Assembly (NCBI GenBank): GCA_008632985.1
Contig: QPGO01000036.1
Coordinates: 186,001-250,000, forward strand
DNA: 64,000 bases
Origin: Psammoneis japonica
Taxonomy: Eukaryota
Reading direction: 5' to 3'
The translations under genes and the position numbers were made by a program. Numbering within the stretch: the stretch's first letter is position 1; each line of letters begins with the position of its first letter. The notes under the pieces were generated by a model. That model was not told the DNA's origin and did no database searches. It saw only the letters and a program-made list of their open reading frames with translations. Positions 26,011 through 37,185 of this stretch are shown here, piece by piece.

Positions 26011-29000
26011 TAACTGTTTTGCAAAAGGCATCCTGATTGATTGTTCCTCAGAACACATCTTGCCAAGATTCATGCTGTGTGGTGGTGGGCAAGCTGGATC
26101 TCAATGCATTGTTCTTTGGCACAGTAATTGATGGGGTTGCATTTGAAATGGATGTTGACAAATGACACATCTGAGAGGCACTGGGCAAGAGAAACATTTG
26201 CAAGCCATCACCCCTCCCAATGCATCATTTTCATGCCACTCACAGCAGCTCACAAAGCTCCCTGACCTTGCCCTCCTTAGAAATCAAGCAAACTGTTGAC
26301 AAATGATCGAACAAATGAGTGTTTGTCCAGAATGAGATGTTGAGGCAACACACCAGGTGCTCGCATGCCGCATCATCCAATTTCCAGAATGACAAGGATT
26401 GATTTTTTGTGATGCTGCGATTGGATCACAAATGAAAAACTGAGGTGAGAGGCACACTCGATCAAAGCTGCAACATCTTAAGCAGCACTGAATTCAGCAA
26501 AAGTTGGCATGTTCAGAAAATCACACAACCAAGGATGCCTGCTGGAAGTTGGGAAGAAGAAGAGTTGGCTGCATGCAACATTTGACCAAAAGACACAATG
26601 AGATATTGCAACCTGTGGGGCTTCTTCCAAGTGGCCACTTGCAACAGATCCCATGTGAGACATGTCTCTCATCCTCATTGAGTGTGGTTCCCATCCATCA
26701 GTTCAATGAGTCTGGCAGTCCAGCAGCAGTCAGCAGTCCAAAAAATCAACAAGCTCGGCAAAGGGATCGGGATCTGACGTCACAACGCAACCAATCAGCC
26801 AACCATGTTTGGTTGTCAGTCTTACATGGTCTCTGGGGCCCTGTGCATGAAAACAGATGAGTGAAGGGAAATCATTTTTTAGAGTGCAGGCCAGAGCCCA
26901 TTTTGAATTCTTTGCTTCATCTGGAGTGTGCAGGAGTTGTTGGATCACCAGTGCCTGGCGCAAAGTTGCAATGAAATGCGCGCAATGACAGGACACAAAT
27001 TCTTGCTCTGGCAGAGTCCAACATCCCTTGTTTTGGCTGAAAACCCACCCCATCCACATGAGTTTGCAGGATGGAGACTGAGAGACAGAAATTCAATGGC
27101 TGATCCAGCGTGTGAGCAAGTCCTTTTGAACAATTTCTCATGTTTCTCAGCAGATTCAAAAACAAATGGTGCCAACAAAAAAATGCCATCACTTGGTCAA
27201 TTTGGACAAGTGCTGGTGCTTGTTTGCAAGAGCCTTTGTTTCTGCAATCTGTGGTTTGATCATTTTCATCATTTTGTCATTGAGCCGGTGTGGTTTTGGG
27301 CTTGCATCCCTGCCAATTTCATCTTTTCCCAGTGGCTGGATGACTCCACATGGCACCCAATGTGGTCAAGCCACTGGGATTGGATGAAGTTTGATCCATG
27401 CAGATTTGTGCAAAAGTTGTTGTAGACAATGAAGACTGGGTGCAGTGGGTGTCAACCAAGTCTTGTTTCTTGTTCTCGATGGCTTTTTTAAGTTTCCACA
27501 TGGCAATGATTTGAGAGGAAAAGTCCAAAAGAGAGAGAGACAGGATTTCAAAATTGTGTCTGCAGCATGGATCCAGGTTGTTCTTCAGGAGATGCTGACA
27601 TGTTGCCATTGGAAATGTTGCTGAACAAAAAGATGATGATGCACACAAAGGTGCATGAGGTGCTGTGATTGAGCTGCATGGGAGGGAGTTTGCTGAGAAT
27701 GATGAGTTCAAAAAGACTCCTGAATGAGCATGGTTTGTTTGGTTTCTCATGTTTGGTGCAGACTTCAATTTCTCATCAATTTAATTGTCAAGAAGCCTCT
27801 CATCTGGGAGTGTCATGATTGTTGCTGCAGTTTCAACTCTGACACATTGTGCTTGCTCATTGCTGGGTGTGGACTGGGCTCAGACAGTTGACAAGCCACT
27901 CACTTCTATGAACATGTGCTGGTTTGTTGCCAACAAGGTGCTCTTCTTTGTTGACTTGACACCAGCTGCAAAGAGTCTTGGTGGTGCACTGGATTGTTTT
28001 TGCATGCACGTGTGCACTTTTGGCAATCTCATGGGTGATGACACCATTGCTTTGGTGATGGTGAGAGATCAAGAAGCACCCATTTTGGCATGGACAAAGA
28101 AAGAGTGACTCTGTTTGCTGTGAGGGTGTGCAACAATTGGGAAGCCCACAGACACACAAAACAGGCCTCATGTTGTGAAAAGCAGAACAACGACTTTGGC
28201 AGCGCCCCAGCTTCCCCTGATGGCTGTGATTTTGCCTGTTTCTGCAATGCAGAAATTTGTCATGGGGAGTGTGAGACAATGAAGAAGCCTGTGCACAAGT
28301 GTGACAAGCTTTGTGTTGCAAACAGAGCAACAGCAGGTGAGTGATGGCTTGGTTTTGTGGTCACACTTTGCTTTGTTGTGAGGCAGAGATTCTCTTGTTT
28401 GCCACCACCGCTGCCTTTGGCTGGCACTTGCTTGTGCCAACATCAGCCAACATTGTCAAGCACACTTTCAAGCAGTGGATTCAATGAAAATGGTGCTGCT
28501 GCACAGGAAATCCTAAATCTGAGGAGCTGATGCATTGGCTGACAGTTGCAGGTGCAGTGCCAGCATGAAAAATGATGAGACATGGGCTCAGTTCTTGAAG
28601 AAGTGCCCCTCACCGCCAATGGTGCTGTTTGCTTTGAACGTCAAGCTCCATTGTTTTCCAGATGCCAATTTTTGCCCTCTTGGTGAAAACCACTTTTTGC
28701 CAACAGTGCAAAAGAAAGTGTGCCAGGCAGCTTTTGAGGCAGCCCCTTTGTGGGTTGGAAACACCAAAAAACTCAAAGTGAAGCTCAAAAGTGCTTCCCA
28801 GGGAGGTGATGCAGTGTTGCTGCACTTGCTGTGCAAACAATGGGAGGGGGTGGAGCTGAGGCTGGCTGCCCCCCATGTTGTCCTTGCTTGCCACTCCTCA
28901 TGCCCAAAATCTCTCTTTTGTGGTGACGAGAGTGTCCTTGCTTCCTTGCCGCAACTTTGCCATGCACTTTGGCTGGGGGGCACAGCCTTGCCTCTGGGCT

Positions 29001-30739
29001 CACACAGTGCAGCCAGACAACCCCCACCCCCTTTTCCCACATTGTTGCTGCACTCACAGCAGAGAGCTCTCGCAGCTCTTGGAAAGCTCTCCCAGCATTG
29101 TGCATGCAAGAAAAGATGAAGGGGGGGAAAGAAAGAGACAGCCAGTGCACAGGAAAGAGCAGCTGTTGCCACCACTCTGACAGCTGCTTGCACACCTTCT
29201 TGGCATCACTTGCCTGCACCTGGGCACCAGCCAGCAGATCCCACCCTTGAGCCAAGGCAGGCTGTGTGGTGCTCTGTTGCATTTTTTCTGTTGTGACAGG
29301 CTTGCAACACAACTGCCAACAAAAGCACAAAATTCTCAACCAATGCCCTTCAGAGCTGCACAAATGACAATGTGCATGTCATCAACAGCGTGGGCCTCTC
29401 TCCAACAAACAATGTCTCTGTCACCTGGACAACACAGCTGCTCTTGTCAAGAGTTGAAAAACTTGCTTGATGGGAAGCCTGTGCATTGTTGTCAAGTGCT
29501 CCTTCATTGTGAACAAATGGCTTTTCACAATTGACTGAGTTGGCAAGTGGGGCCAGACTTCTTGAGGAAGTTTGGTCTCACACCAGTGCATGGGCTTTGA
29601 CAAGACTCATTTTGAACTTCTTGGCCACAGTGCAACAAGCAACTGCAAATGAAACATGGCTCATTTTTTTGCATGCACACTCAAGACAATCTCATCATCA
29701 ATTGTTGTTGTTGTTGGCTGGAGCATGCTGACAATTCGATTCATTTTTTTGTCAAACGGGTGAATTTTGCAATTTTGGCTTCTTCTGACAATGTTCACTT
29801 TCTGCCCTGGCTGGCAATTTTTGACTTTTGGCACATTGCTCTTGTTCCACACTGTCACTCTGTTCCTTTGCTCCCTCTGTTCTTTGAGCTGCTGTCCCTT
29901 TGTCTCTTGCAGCAGTCTGTCTTGCACATTGGTGGTCTTGGCTGTGCTGGCATTGCACCTTGTTCCAATCTTTTGTGCTTCAAAAAGAGTCAGTTTTTGT
30001 GACAGCTTTTCTCATTGTGAGATGTGGCAGCAATCCCTGGCAGAACAGCAGAGAAGTTGTCAGCTTGGCATGTTTTCTTTGGTGCATGGCACAATCATGC
30101 TGCTTTTTCTGCTTGCCTGTGTGTGATGTTGCAGCACTCAATTGACTGAGTTTCAAGAAATCAACAAAGAACAAAAGAAAGGCACATCAATTTGTTGTTT
30201 GCTGCAAGCAGCCTGCTCCTGCACCACACTTCTGACCTCTTGTCTTTCCCACAGCTTTGTTTGTTGGTGTGTGCAGAGTCTGGGTTTTGTTGGTGCCTTC
30301 CTGCAATGTCATCATTCTTTGTGCATGCTGCTGCTTGGGTGCCATCCTGCATTTTGTGTTGCTTTGTGTGTGGTGGTGATGTGCCTTTTTGCACTGGCTG
30401 GTGATCATTGCCTGTGTCCTTTTGCAAGTGTTTTTTTTTAACAGCCTTTTGTCACAGGTGTTTTGAAGTTTCAAGTCATTTGAGTCAACCAAATGAATTC
30501 ACTGATGGTCTCATTGCCAGTGCATTTTGGTTGTGAGCTGTCATTTGTTCAGCAGCTGGGTGTTGAAAATTGTTTCAATCAAATGCAGCAGCCATTCACA
30601 TGGGAACAACAACCTTGTTGCTGTTGTGTTCTCAACATGGTTGAAACTTGCAGGGAGGAGGTCAGAAGAAATTGCAGTGGAGTGGACTGCACAGGTGAGT
30701 GTGGTTGCAGACAGAGGCAACTGTCTCCAGCAAGTTGAT

Positions 30740-31740
30740 GCAGACATGTTGAGCTTCCCAGCTTCAGAGCGAAGTGGCCCCATGATGGCACCAGCCAACT
30801 CAACAAGCCACAGCAGGCTGAGAATGTTGGTGGTCTCTGGCAGACCCCAGGTGGGCCCCAGGTGACACTCTGGGAGCTGTGGTCAAGCACTGCTGAGCAG
30901 CAAAGGCCAGCACCGCTGTGCAGTTGTGGTGACCTGTCATGTCTGCCCAGCTAAAAGAACACTTCAAACTCACAACTCCAGAATGAAAAAACACCATGAT
31001 GTCACCAACCAACCTGACAACAACAAGCTGAGAGCATTGGTGGTCTGTTGTGGTTCCCAGGCAATGCTGCAACAACTGTGGTTGAGCAGTGCAAGAAGGC
31101 CTGCTGTCTTGTGTGGTTGTGGCCCCATGTCACCTTGTCACACAGAAGGAGCAGACTTGAACTTCCCAACTCCATGGTGACAGGGCCACATGGAGGTGCC
31201 AACCAATCCAACAGTTGCAGGGTGAGGACGACACCTGTGACATCTGGCAAACCACAGGCAAAGGCCCAATGTCACCTTGTCCTGGCAGCAGCAGACTTTT
31301 GAACTTCTAAACTCCAGAGTGAAAGGACCCCATGGTGGTTTCAACCAAGCTGAAAATGGCAAGCTGAGGGCACTGGTGGTGTCAGGTGAACCCCAGGAGA
31401 GACTGTCAGAGCTGTGGATGAGCATTTTGCAAGATTGATCTGGTGTTGTTGTGGCCCCATGACACCTTGTCCTCAACAGCAGCAGAGACTTGACTTTTGC
31501 AGCAATTCCAGAGTGAAAGAGCCCCATGACATTGCTGACAACAGCAAGCTGAGGACATTGACCATGTCTGGTGGGCCCCAGAGGAGACTTTGTCAACAAC
31601 TGAGGTTTGGTGCTGCAAGGTTGAGCTTGTGGCATTGTGGCCCCATGTGACCATGTCCCAACAGCGCCAGACTTGACTTGCTCCCCCAACTCCAGAGTGA
31701 AAGGACCCCATGACAGCACCAACTGAGCCAACCTGAAATT
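30740..31740 (+). repeat. Tandem array of ~140-215-bp units (~6 copies)
   Basis: aactccagagtgaaagg.ccccatg…caagctgag…gtggccccatg.caccttgtc…gcagactt recurs at about 30750, 30970, 31165, 31310, 31505 and 31688. Confidence 0.85.
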
Positions 31741-33832
31741 TGAAAAGCAATGCACTGGGAATGCCAGAGACATGGAGAGGGTTTTTGCAGTGGCAAAATG
31801 GCTTGAGGAGAATGATGAAGAGTTTCAGCTGCTTTTTGAAGCAAGTTTCTTTTTGTTGGAAGCAGCAACATGAAGAACTGTGACAAGCAGACAGGCCATC
31901 TTCCTTTTTACCCTGATCTAAAACTCAAGCAAGAGTGGATTTGTGAGAGGGCTGGCTGGGATGTGAGCCAGAAATGTGAAACCAAGCTTTCTGGTTCTTG
32001 CAAGCCACACAACATTTGGAGACTTGCAGCCCTTGTCAAGCTTTCTGCCATGGGGCTGTCAAGTTGGCCTTTGCAGCTGATCTTGTTGGCAGCACAGTTG
32101 TTGCAGTGTGTGGCTTCAATTGTTTGTGCTGCTGACCTTGCACAAAGTGTCAACATCAAATGAGTTTTCTGTCACCACCAGCACCTTGGCTGCAGCTGCC
32201 ACTCATGAGTCTGGGTCCCAGACTTGGGCGCTTGGACAACACTCACCCTTCTCTCTGAGCAACAAGCAAATTGGTGCATGCACTTCAACAAGCATGATGT
32301 CCAAACCACCCTCTGCAATCTTCTTTGAGAGACAAAACTGGTGCATTCACTGAGCAACAAGGGAGGGCTGCCAGACAATCACCAGCAGAAATTCTCTGCC
32401 ACAGTCGCCACAGCCAGAAAACAGAGTGCAATGCATGCACATGGAACAGGAGCAACAAAAACACAAAATCAAATTGCAGCAACATTGGCTCTGATGACTT
32501 GGCACCCCAAAAAGTGTTCGCAGCACATTTGTTGTCAATCAACAGCTTCAAAGAGGTGTTGAGTGAAGCAAAACTGACCCACACTGTGGCCTGAGTTGAT
32601 GTTGGAATTTGTCAAAGTGCAATGTTTTGACAAGGTTGAGAGTGGCTGCACAGGCGTTTTTGGATGAGACACAACATTTTTTGCGCCCAGTTCTTCACAG
32701 CGCATCTGGACATTTGTTGTCTAAATTCTAGCACAGCATGCTGAAGGTCATTTTCAGGCTCACTCATCAAACACTTGTGCTCCAGCACCTTCCACATGAG
32801 ATTGCATTTGAGCTCACAACCCAGTGTCCTGGCTCTGCTGTCATCAGATCATGCAGCAACAGATGGGGTCAACTTTGCCACAAATCTTGTTTTGCTCATC
32901 ATTGTGAGCAACTGCCTGCAGTTCAGAGGTGACAAATTTGCTGAACAAACAACAAACAAGACATGGGTTGACAACTTTGATCATCTCCAGACCATGCAAA
33001 AGGCAGTGCAAGCTGCCAAGTTCTTGGAGTTGGTGACAATGACAAATTTTCTTGACAGGGCTAAAACTTGAACAAGAACACTTCTGAAATCTGAATGTCA
33101 CAAAGGATGCTCAAATTCTTGGGAATGTTTTGACAAGTGAGTTGACAACAAATTGCAACCTGGCCATCCAACAAGCCTCCATGTTTGATTCATTAGCTTC
33201 TACCTGTAATCTCATTGAATGACAGTGCCATGTGCTCTTTGATCCCTGTTGTTCCTCTGCTGCAAACAGTTCATTCAGGGTGCTTCTCCACTGCCAGGAT
33301 GGCAAATGTAAACTGCAGTCCTTGCCACTGCAAACAACGTGGTTCTCTTGCAATTCTTTGCATAGCTCCAGCTCATTGGTGGGTCAAGATCCTCATCATG
33401 TGCCTTGTGATCCTCGTCATATGTGCCTGCATGGAGGGACTGCCTCTGCTACGTGAGATGGATGATGGACGACAGTACGGACAGAACGACAACTAAAATC
33501 CATAGATGTGATGCTGAGCGACGCCTCGGAGTGATGCACACATTTCTCAGAACAAAACGATCTCTGCAGAGTTTTTGCTTAACAGAAGCACTTAGTACCC
33601 CACACCAATGACCGTCTAAATCTACCTTTTCAGTCACTGCTGCAGATGGAGCGAACAAGACAAGCCTAGAAAGATCACACTTTTGGCAATTGGAATTCTA
33701 AAGATATATGCTGACGATGCTACAATACTTGAAATTCATCGAAATGTTCAAAATCGATAGTTTTTCCGGAACTACTTGTTTCCAATGCACCATTTATTGC
33801 TAACCCATGATTGAAACTTCCCCCCTTGTGGA

Positions 33833-34621
33833 TTACAACGTAGCTTGCTGCTTGCCTTCGCGGAGAGCTGCAGGTCCAATATCCACAAAGCAGACGTCTG
33901 ACAGCCTCAAGAGATAAATCGCCACATCGGCAAACTCTTGCGACATATGATCCGTCTCCTCTTCTGAAAATACTTCCAAACTGTCGTCGGGTCCGTCTCC
34001 CTTCCATTGGAATAGCTCGGCCAACTCACCAAGCTCGCCCATAAGCGCAAGGACAATGTTGCGCGGAGTATGATACCTGAGCCAATTTCGAGCAATAGCA
34101 AACTCCCGGATGGCGACTGTCGTTACAGTAACCTTGCGCGTATCGCTTTCAGCACTCGTTGGCTTGGTAGGACTCGTAGACGGACTGCGAGTCGACTGCC
34201 CTGAAGTCTTGGTAATGCCCGTATGGTTAGAGTATAAGGTGTACTTTCCAGCTTTGCCTTTGCAGAGCTCCACGGGGTATTTCCGTCCGTTAAGCTCCAT
34301 TTTAGAGGCAATGACGGTGTGTAAGTCAATGTCGACTACGTGTGAGGCAAGGCACAGTCCAAACAGGAGCCGACCCATGGCTACGGCGATTCGATTCTTT
34401 TCCTCCGACTCTTGCTGCCAGAACTCGTCTTCGCAGCTGTCAACTGGTGGAGCATAGGCCAGCATGTTTGAGCAGAGATCTCCCACGAGCATCCCAAGCT
34501 TCAAGACAAGAGAACGAGGACGAAAATCTTCAGGCCTGTCTTGCTGATGAACTTGAATGCATCGTGCTGCCTCTTCGTGGAGAGCATCAAATGTCACGGA
34601 GCGTGATGTTTTAGCGACCAT
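33833..34621 (-). CDS. dCTP pyrophosphatase 1-like (MazG-fold) protein with two MazG-like units
   Basis: C-terminal FAIARNWLRYHTPRNIVLALMGELGELAELFQW…EFADVAIYLLRLSDVC. N-terminal degenerate unit PRSLVLKLGMLVGDL…KMELNGRKYPVELCKG. Confidence 0.88.
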   Translation of the reverse strand: MVAKTSRSVTFDALHEEAARCIQVHQQDRPEDFRPRSLVLKLGMLVGDLCSNMLAYAPPVDSCEDEFWQQESEEKNRIAVAMGRLLFGLCLASHVVDIDLHTVIASKMELNGRKYPVELCKGKAGKYTLYSNHTGITKTSGQSTRSPSTSPTKPTSAESDTRKVTVTTVAIREFAIARNWLRYHTPRNIVLALMGELGELAELFQWKGDGPDDSLEVFSEEETDHMSQEFADVAIYLLRLSDVCFVDIGPAALREGKQQATL

Positions 34622-34919
34622 CCTTCGACAAGTGGTGGAGACAATCGAGATCTTAGGCCTACTTGAGATACCCTCTACCCAGGTAAATAAGTCCAGTTAG
34701 GTCTACAGAATGAAATGGTAGGATGTCGAAAAGCAACAAAAAGGAGACTGCGACTTTGCCCTGCAACGCGAGCAGCCATCGAGAGAAATAAAAAAAATGC
34801 CGTCGGCCTCGAGGTTCGAGATAAAATGCCGGGTGGACGCACGGAAGATCGATTGGCGCGCCATTTTTTCAAAGGTATTTTATAACATATTCATTCTCTA
34901 AGCTTTATTTAGTTTGAAT

Positions 34920-35000
34920 ACGTCATTCATGTCAATTGTTGACGGCGTTTACCACGTCACGCAAGACTGATCATACCATCTGACTCACAAAATGACTCAC
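34920..35000. promoter_or_regulatory. bZIP-type motifs (ACGTCA x2, TGACTCA x2) in the divergent DCTPP1/LHC promoter
   Basis: ACGTCA at 34920 and 34954; TGACTCA at 34981 and 34993. Confidence 0.3.
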
Positions 35001-35095
35001 AGAACCACGACATCACCGCTAAAACGCCTTTCTTCCATCCAATCTTCCAAAATATGTCATAAAACAACGTCGACGTCTTTTTTAATACAACCAAA

Positions 35096-35885
35096 ATGAA
35101 GTTCACTGCCACCGCCTCTGCTCTCCTCTTCGCCGCAAGCGCTAATGCCTTTGCACCTGCTAACACAAACAGCAGATCTTCATCGTCCCTCAACATGGAT
35201 TCGGGCGACCAAGAAATGTCCAAGGCTCTTCCGTTCCTCTCGCGTCCCAAGCTTTTGGATGGAACTCTCCCTGGAGACGTTGGATTCGAGTAAGTCCCCT
35301 TTTGATACGTTCCATGCTAGTTTTGCGATAATCTGTGTGCACAGTAGTCCCTCACTTTTTTCGTCTGGAATGCTCTTCTTTTTAATTAGCCCCTTCAACT
35401 TGGCTGGAGAAGATATGAAGAGTCTGATTAGCATGCGCGAGGCTGAAATTAAGCACGGCCGATTGGCAATGCTTGCTGTTGTAGGATGGCCCCTGGCCGA
35501 ACTCTTTGATGGTCCTCTTGCGAGTGCCGCTGGATTGCCATCCCTATTGACCAATTCTGGATCATCCCCGTCGGTGCTCAACGGTGGACTCGACAAGATT
35601 GATGTCGAATACTGGGCTCTCGTTGTCGCTTTGGCAGGAGTTGTCGAAATTGAAAGCAACAAGATGCAAAAGGAGAAGAAAGACAAATACATACCCGGTG
35701 ACTGCAATTTCGACCCGCTCGGTCTTTTCCCCGAGGACAAGCAAGGGCAACTCGCCATGCAAACAAAGGAAATCAAACATGGACGTATCGCAATGATGGC
35801 ACTTTTGGGATTTGTTGTCCAAGAAGCTCTGTACAGGGTTCCCGTTGTTCAGGAGACTCCTTTCTTTTTCAAGCCCCTCTTCTAA
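35096..35885 (+). CDS. Light-harvesting (fucoxanthin-chlorophyll a/c binding) protein, possibly Lhcz-type; intron 35290-35389
   Basis: Bipartite presequence [57 protein letters not shown]. Confidence 0.95.
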
Positions 35886-36106
35886 GCTAGTGCTACGGTA
35901 TGTAAACTTTTCATAACGATTTTTGACAATACCTTACTCTGTCTTCTACCTATATCGATTCTATCCATGCAATCAAGCATGAGAGCCTCACTTGAACGCA
36001 TGCCCTTCGATACCTTCTATCTATAGTAGAGCCTGGAGTTTAACTCATTACTTGCGTGAAATGCAGTGGCTGTGTCGAGCGAGAAGTGCGTAACAGTTTC
36101 GAGCGT

Positions 36107-36822
36107 TTAACTGAGGAGGTAGTCGGTTATATCCACCACCTCGCCGTTATCTGTCCAAATCCCGTCACAGTCTTCTATATCAACGTCCTGTTGTTCGATG
36201 TCCTCCGTGGACCTGCTGTCGTTTGCGAGCCACCAGATCGTTTCACTATGGCACACGACAACAACAATTTCGTACTCATGGATTGATAGGAGTTGCTCTT
36301 TGAATTGCTCCATTCGCTTTAGAACCATTTCTTTGGTCTCACGCCCGCCCTCCTTTCGGTGTCTCATTTGTTCCCATGTGTCTTCGCGGCTCTTGTGAAA
36401 GGGCCACCAACAATGTTCTTCGCCGCCGCCTTGCAACAAGTCTGTAAAATCAAACTCGGGGAATTCCACTTGAAGCCTGGAGGGAACCGTTCCGATATCA
36501 CATGCGTCCATCATAATTTCTGCACACTTTTTATCAACTCGGATTGACGTTGGACAAAATTCGGGACAAGTGCTTTCCTTCATGCATTGTGCTGTTTGCA
36601 AAGCTCGTCGCAAGGGCGATACTATCCACAAAATTCTATTGATACCGTTCCTCTGAGACGCTGGATTCTTTCGCCTGCTTGATATAATTTCTTGAACACT
36701 TTTAGCTGCCTGTTGGCTTTGCTGTATTCCTTTTTCAGTCATGTCACAGTCGGGTGTGTACATGGCAAAACATTCCATTCGGATTCGCCATGGCGTACTG
36801 CCAATATCAAGCGTGGTGGCAT
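36107..36822 (-). CDS. Histidine phosphatase (phosphoglycerate mutase-like) protein; apparent 1-nt deletion at 36767-36770
   Basis: MPPRLILAVRHGESEWN (catalytic RHG) lies in one frame. DMTEKGIQQ…VSPLRRALQTA…VVCHSETI lies in the adjacent frame. Adding one T to a T4 run joins them. Confidence 0.85.
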
Positions 36823-37185
36823 CCTTGATGATAACGGAAGCAAAACACACAATAACACGATAAGGTTCCCAGAACAGGTAAGGTAGCATCACGTCTGAAT
36901 TCGCTTTGTTTTTTGAGAGATGAGCGGGAGTGAGGAGTACGGTAGGCTAGGGGGGGTAGGGAGGGAGTCAATGGAATCGATGGCCCGGATGGGCCACTGT
37001 ATAATACCTCCTGCGAGACTTTTTAGTTTTCTCGTCATTTCTCGATCGTGACGATGATAAAGGAATGATAGCACATCGCCATGGCGCCTTCGTCCCAATC
37101 CAACACAACCTTGTCTCAAGATGCAATTCATGCCATGATAAGTGGGGAGGCATTTGTTAATCCTCTTGTTGTTCGGCTTTTCAAG

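Larger units (their letters stand above)
16800..33190. mobile_element. Large degenerate nested-repeat/TE domain B, nearly devoid of TpA and strongly CpG-depleted
   Basis: About 50 TA by eye in ~16.4 kb, with extreme TG/CA excess. No intact gene. Contains tandem arrays and a copy of a repeat from domain A. Confidence 0.75.

Noticed and set aside
16800..33190. Classical fungal RIP or simple CpG deamination as the explanation
   Set aside because: RIP creates TpA rather than removing it. CpG decay cannot remove TpA, and TpA is lost where CpG persists.
16800..33190. Alternative genetic code or endogenous virus with TA avoidance
   Set aside because: No long ORFs or viral hallmark genes. Gradients within single genes and TA/TG/CA polymorphism among copies indicate mutation after insertion.
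16714..33353. Dense overlapping Cys/His/Gln/Trp-rich ORFs in all six frames (also in 3159-7700 and 53600-56640)
   Set aside because: Artefacts of losing TAA/TAG stops and Tyr codons in TpA-free DNA. They show no domains and almost no Tyr.
11066..34621. JmjC or DCTPP1-like genes as the effector of the TpA mutation
   Set aside because: Proximity only. The JmjC protein has a signal peptide, neither enzyme explains A->G at TpA, and no deaminase gene is visible in the window.
35180..35776. Antisense ORFs over LHC, JmjC, the permease and other genes
   Set aside because: Shadow ORFs of real genes on the opposite strand.
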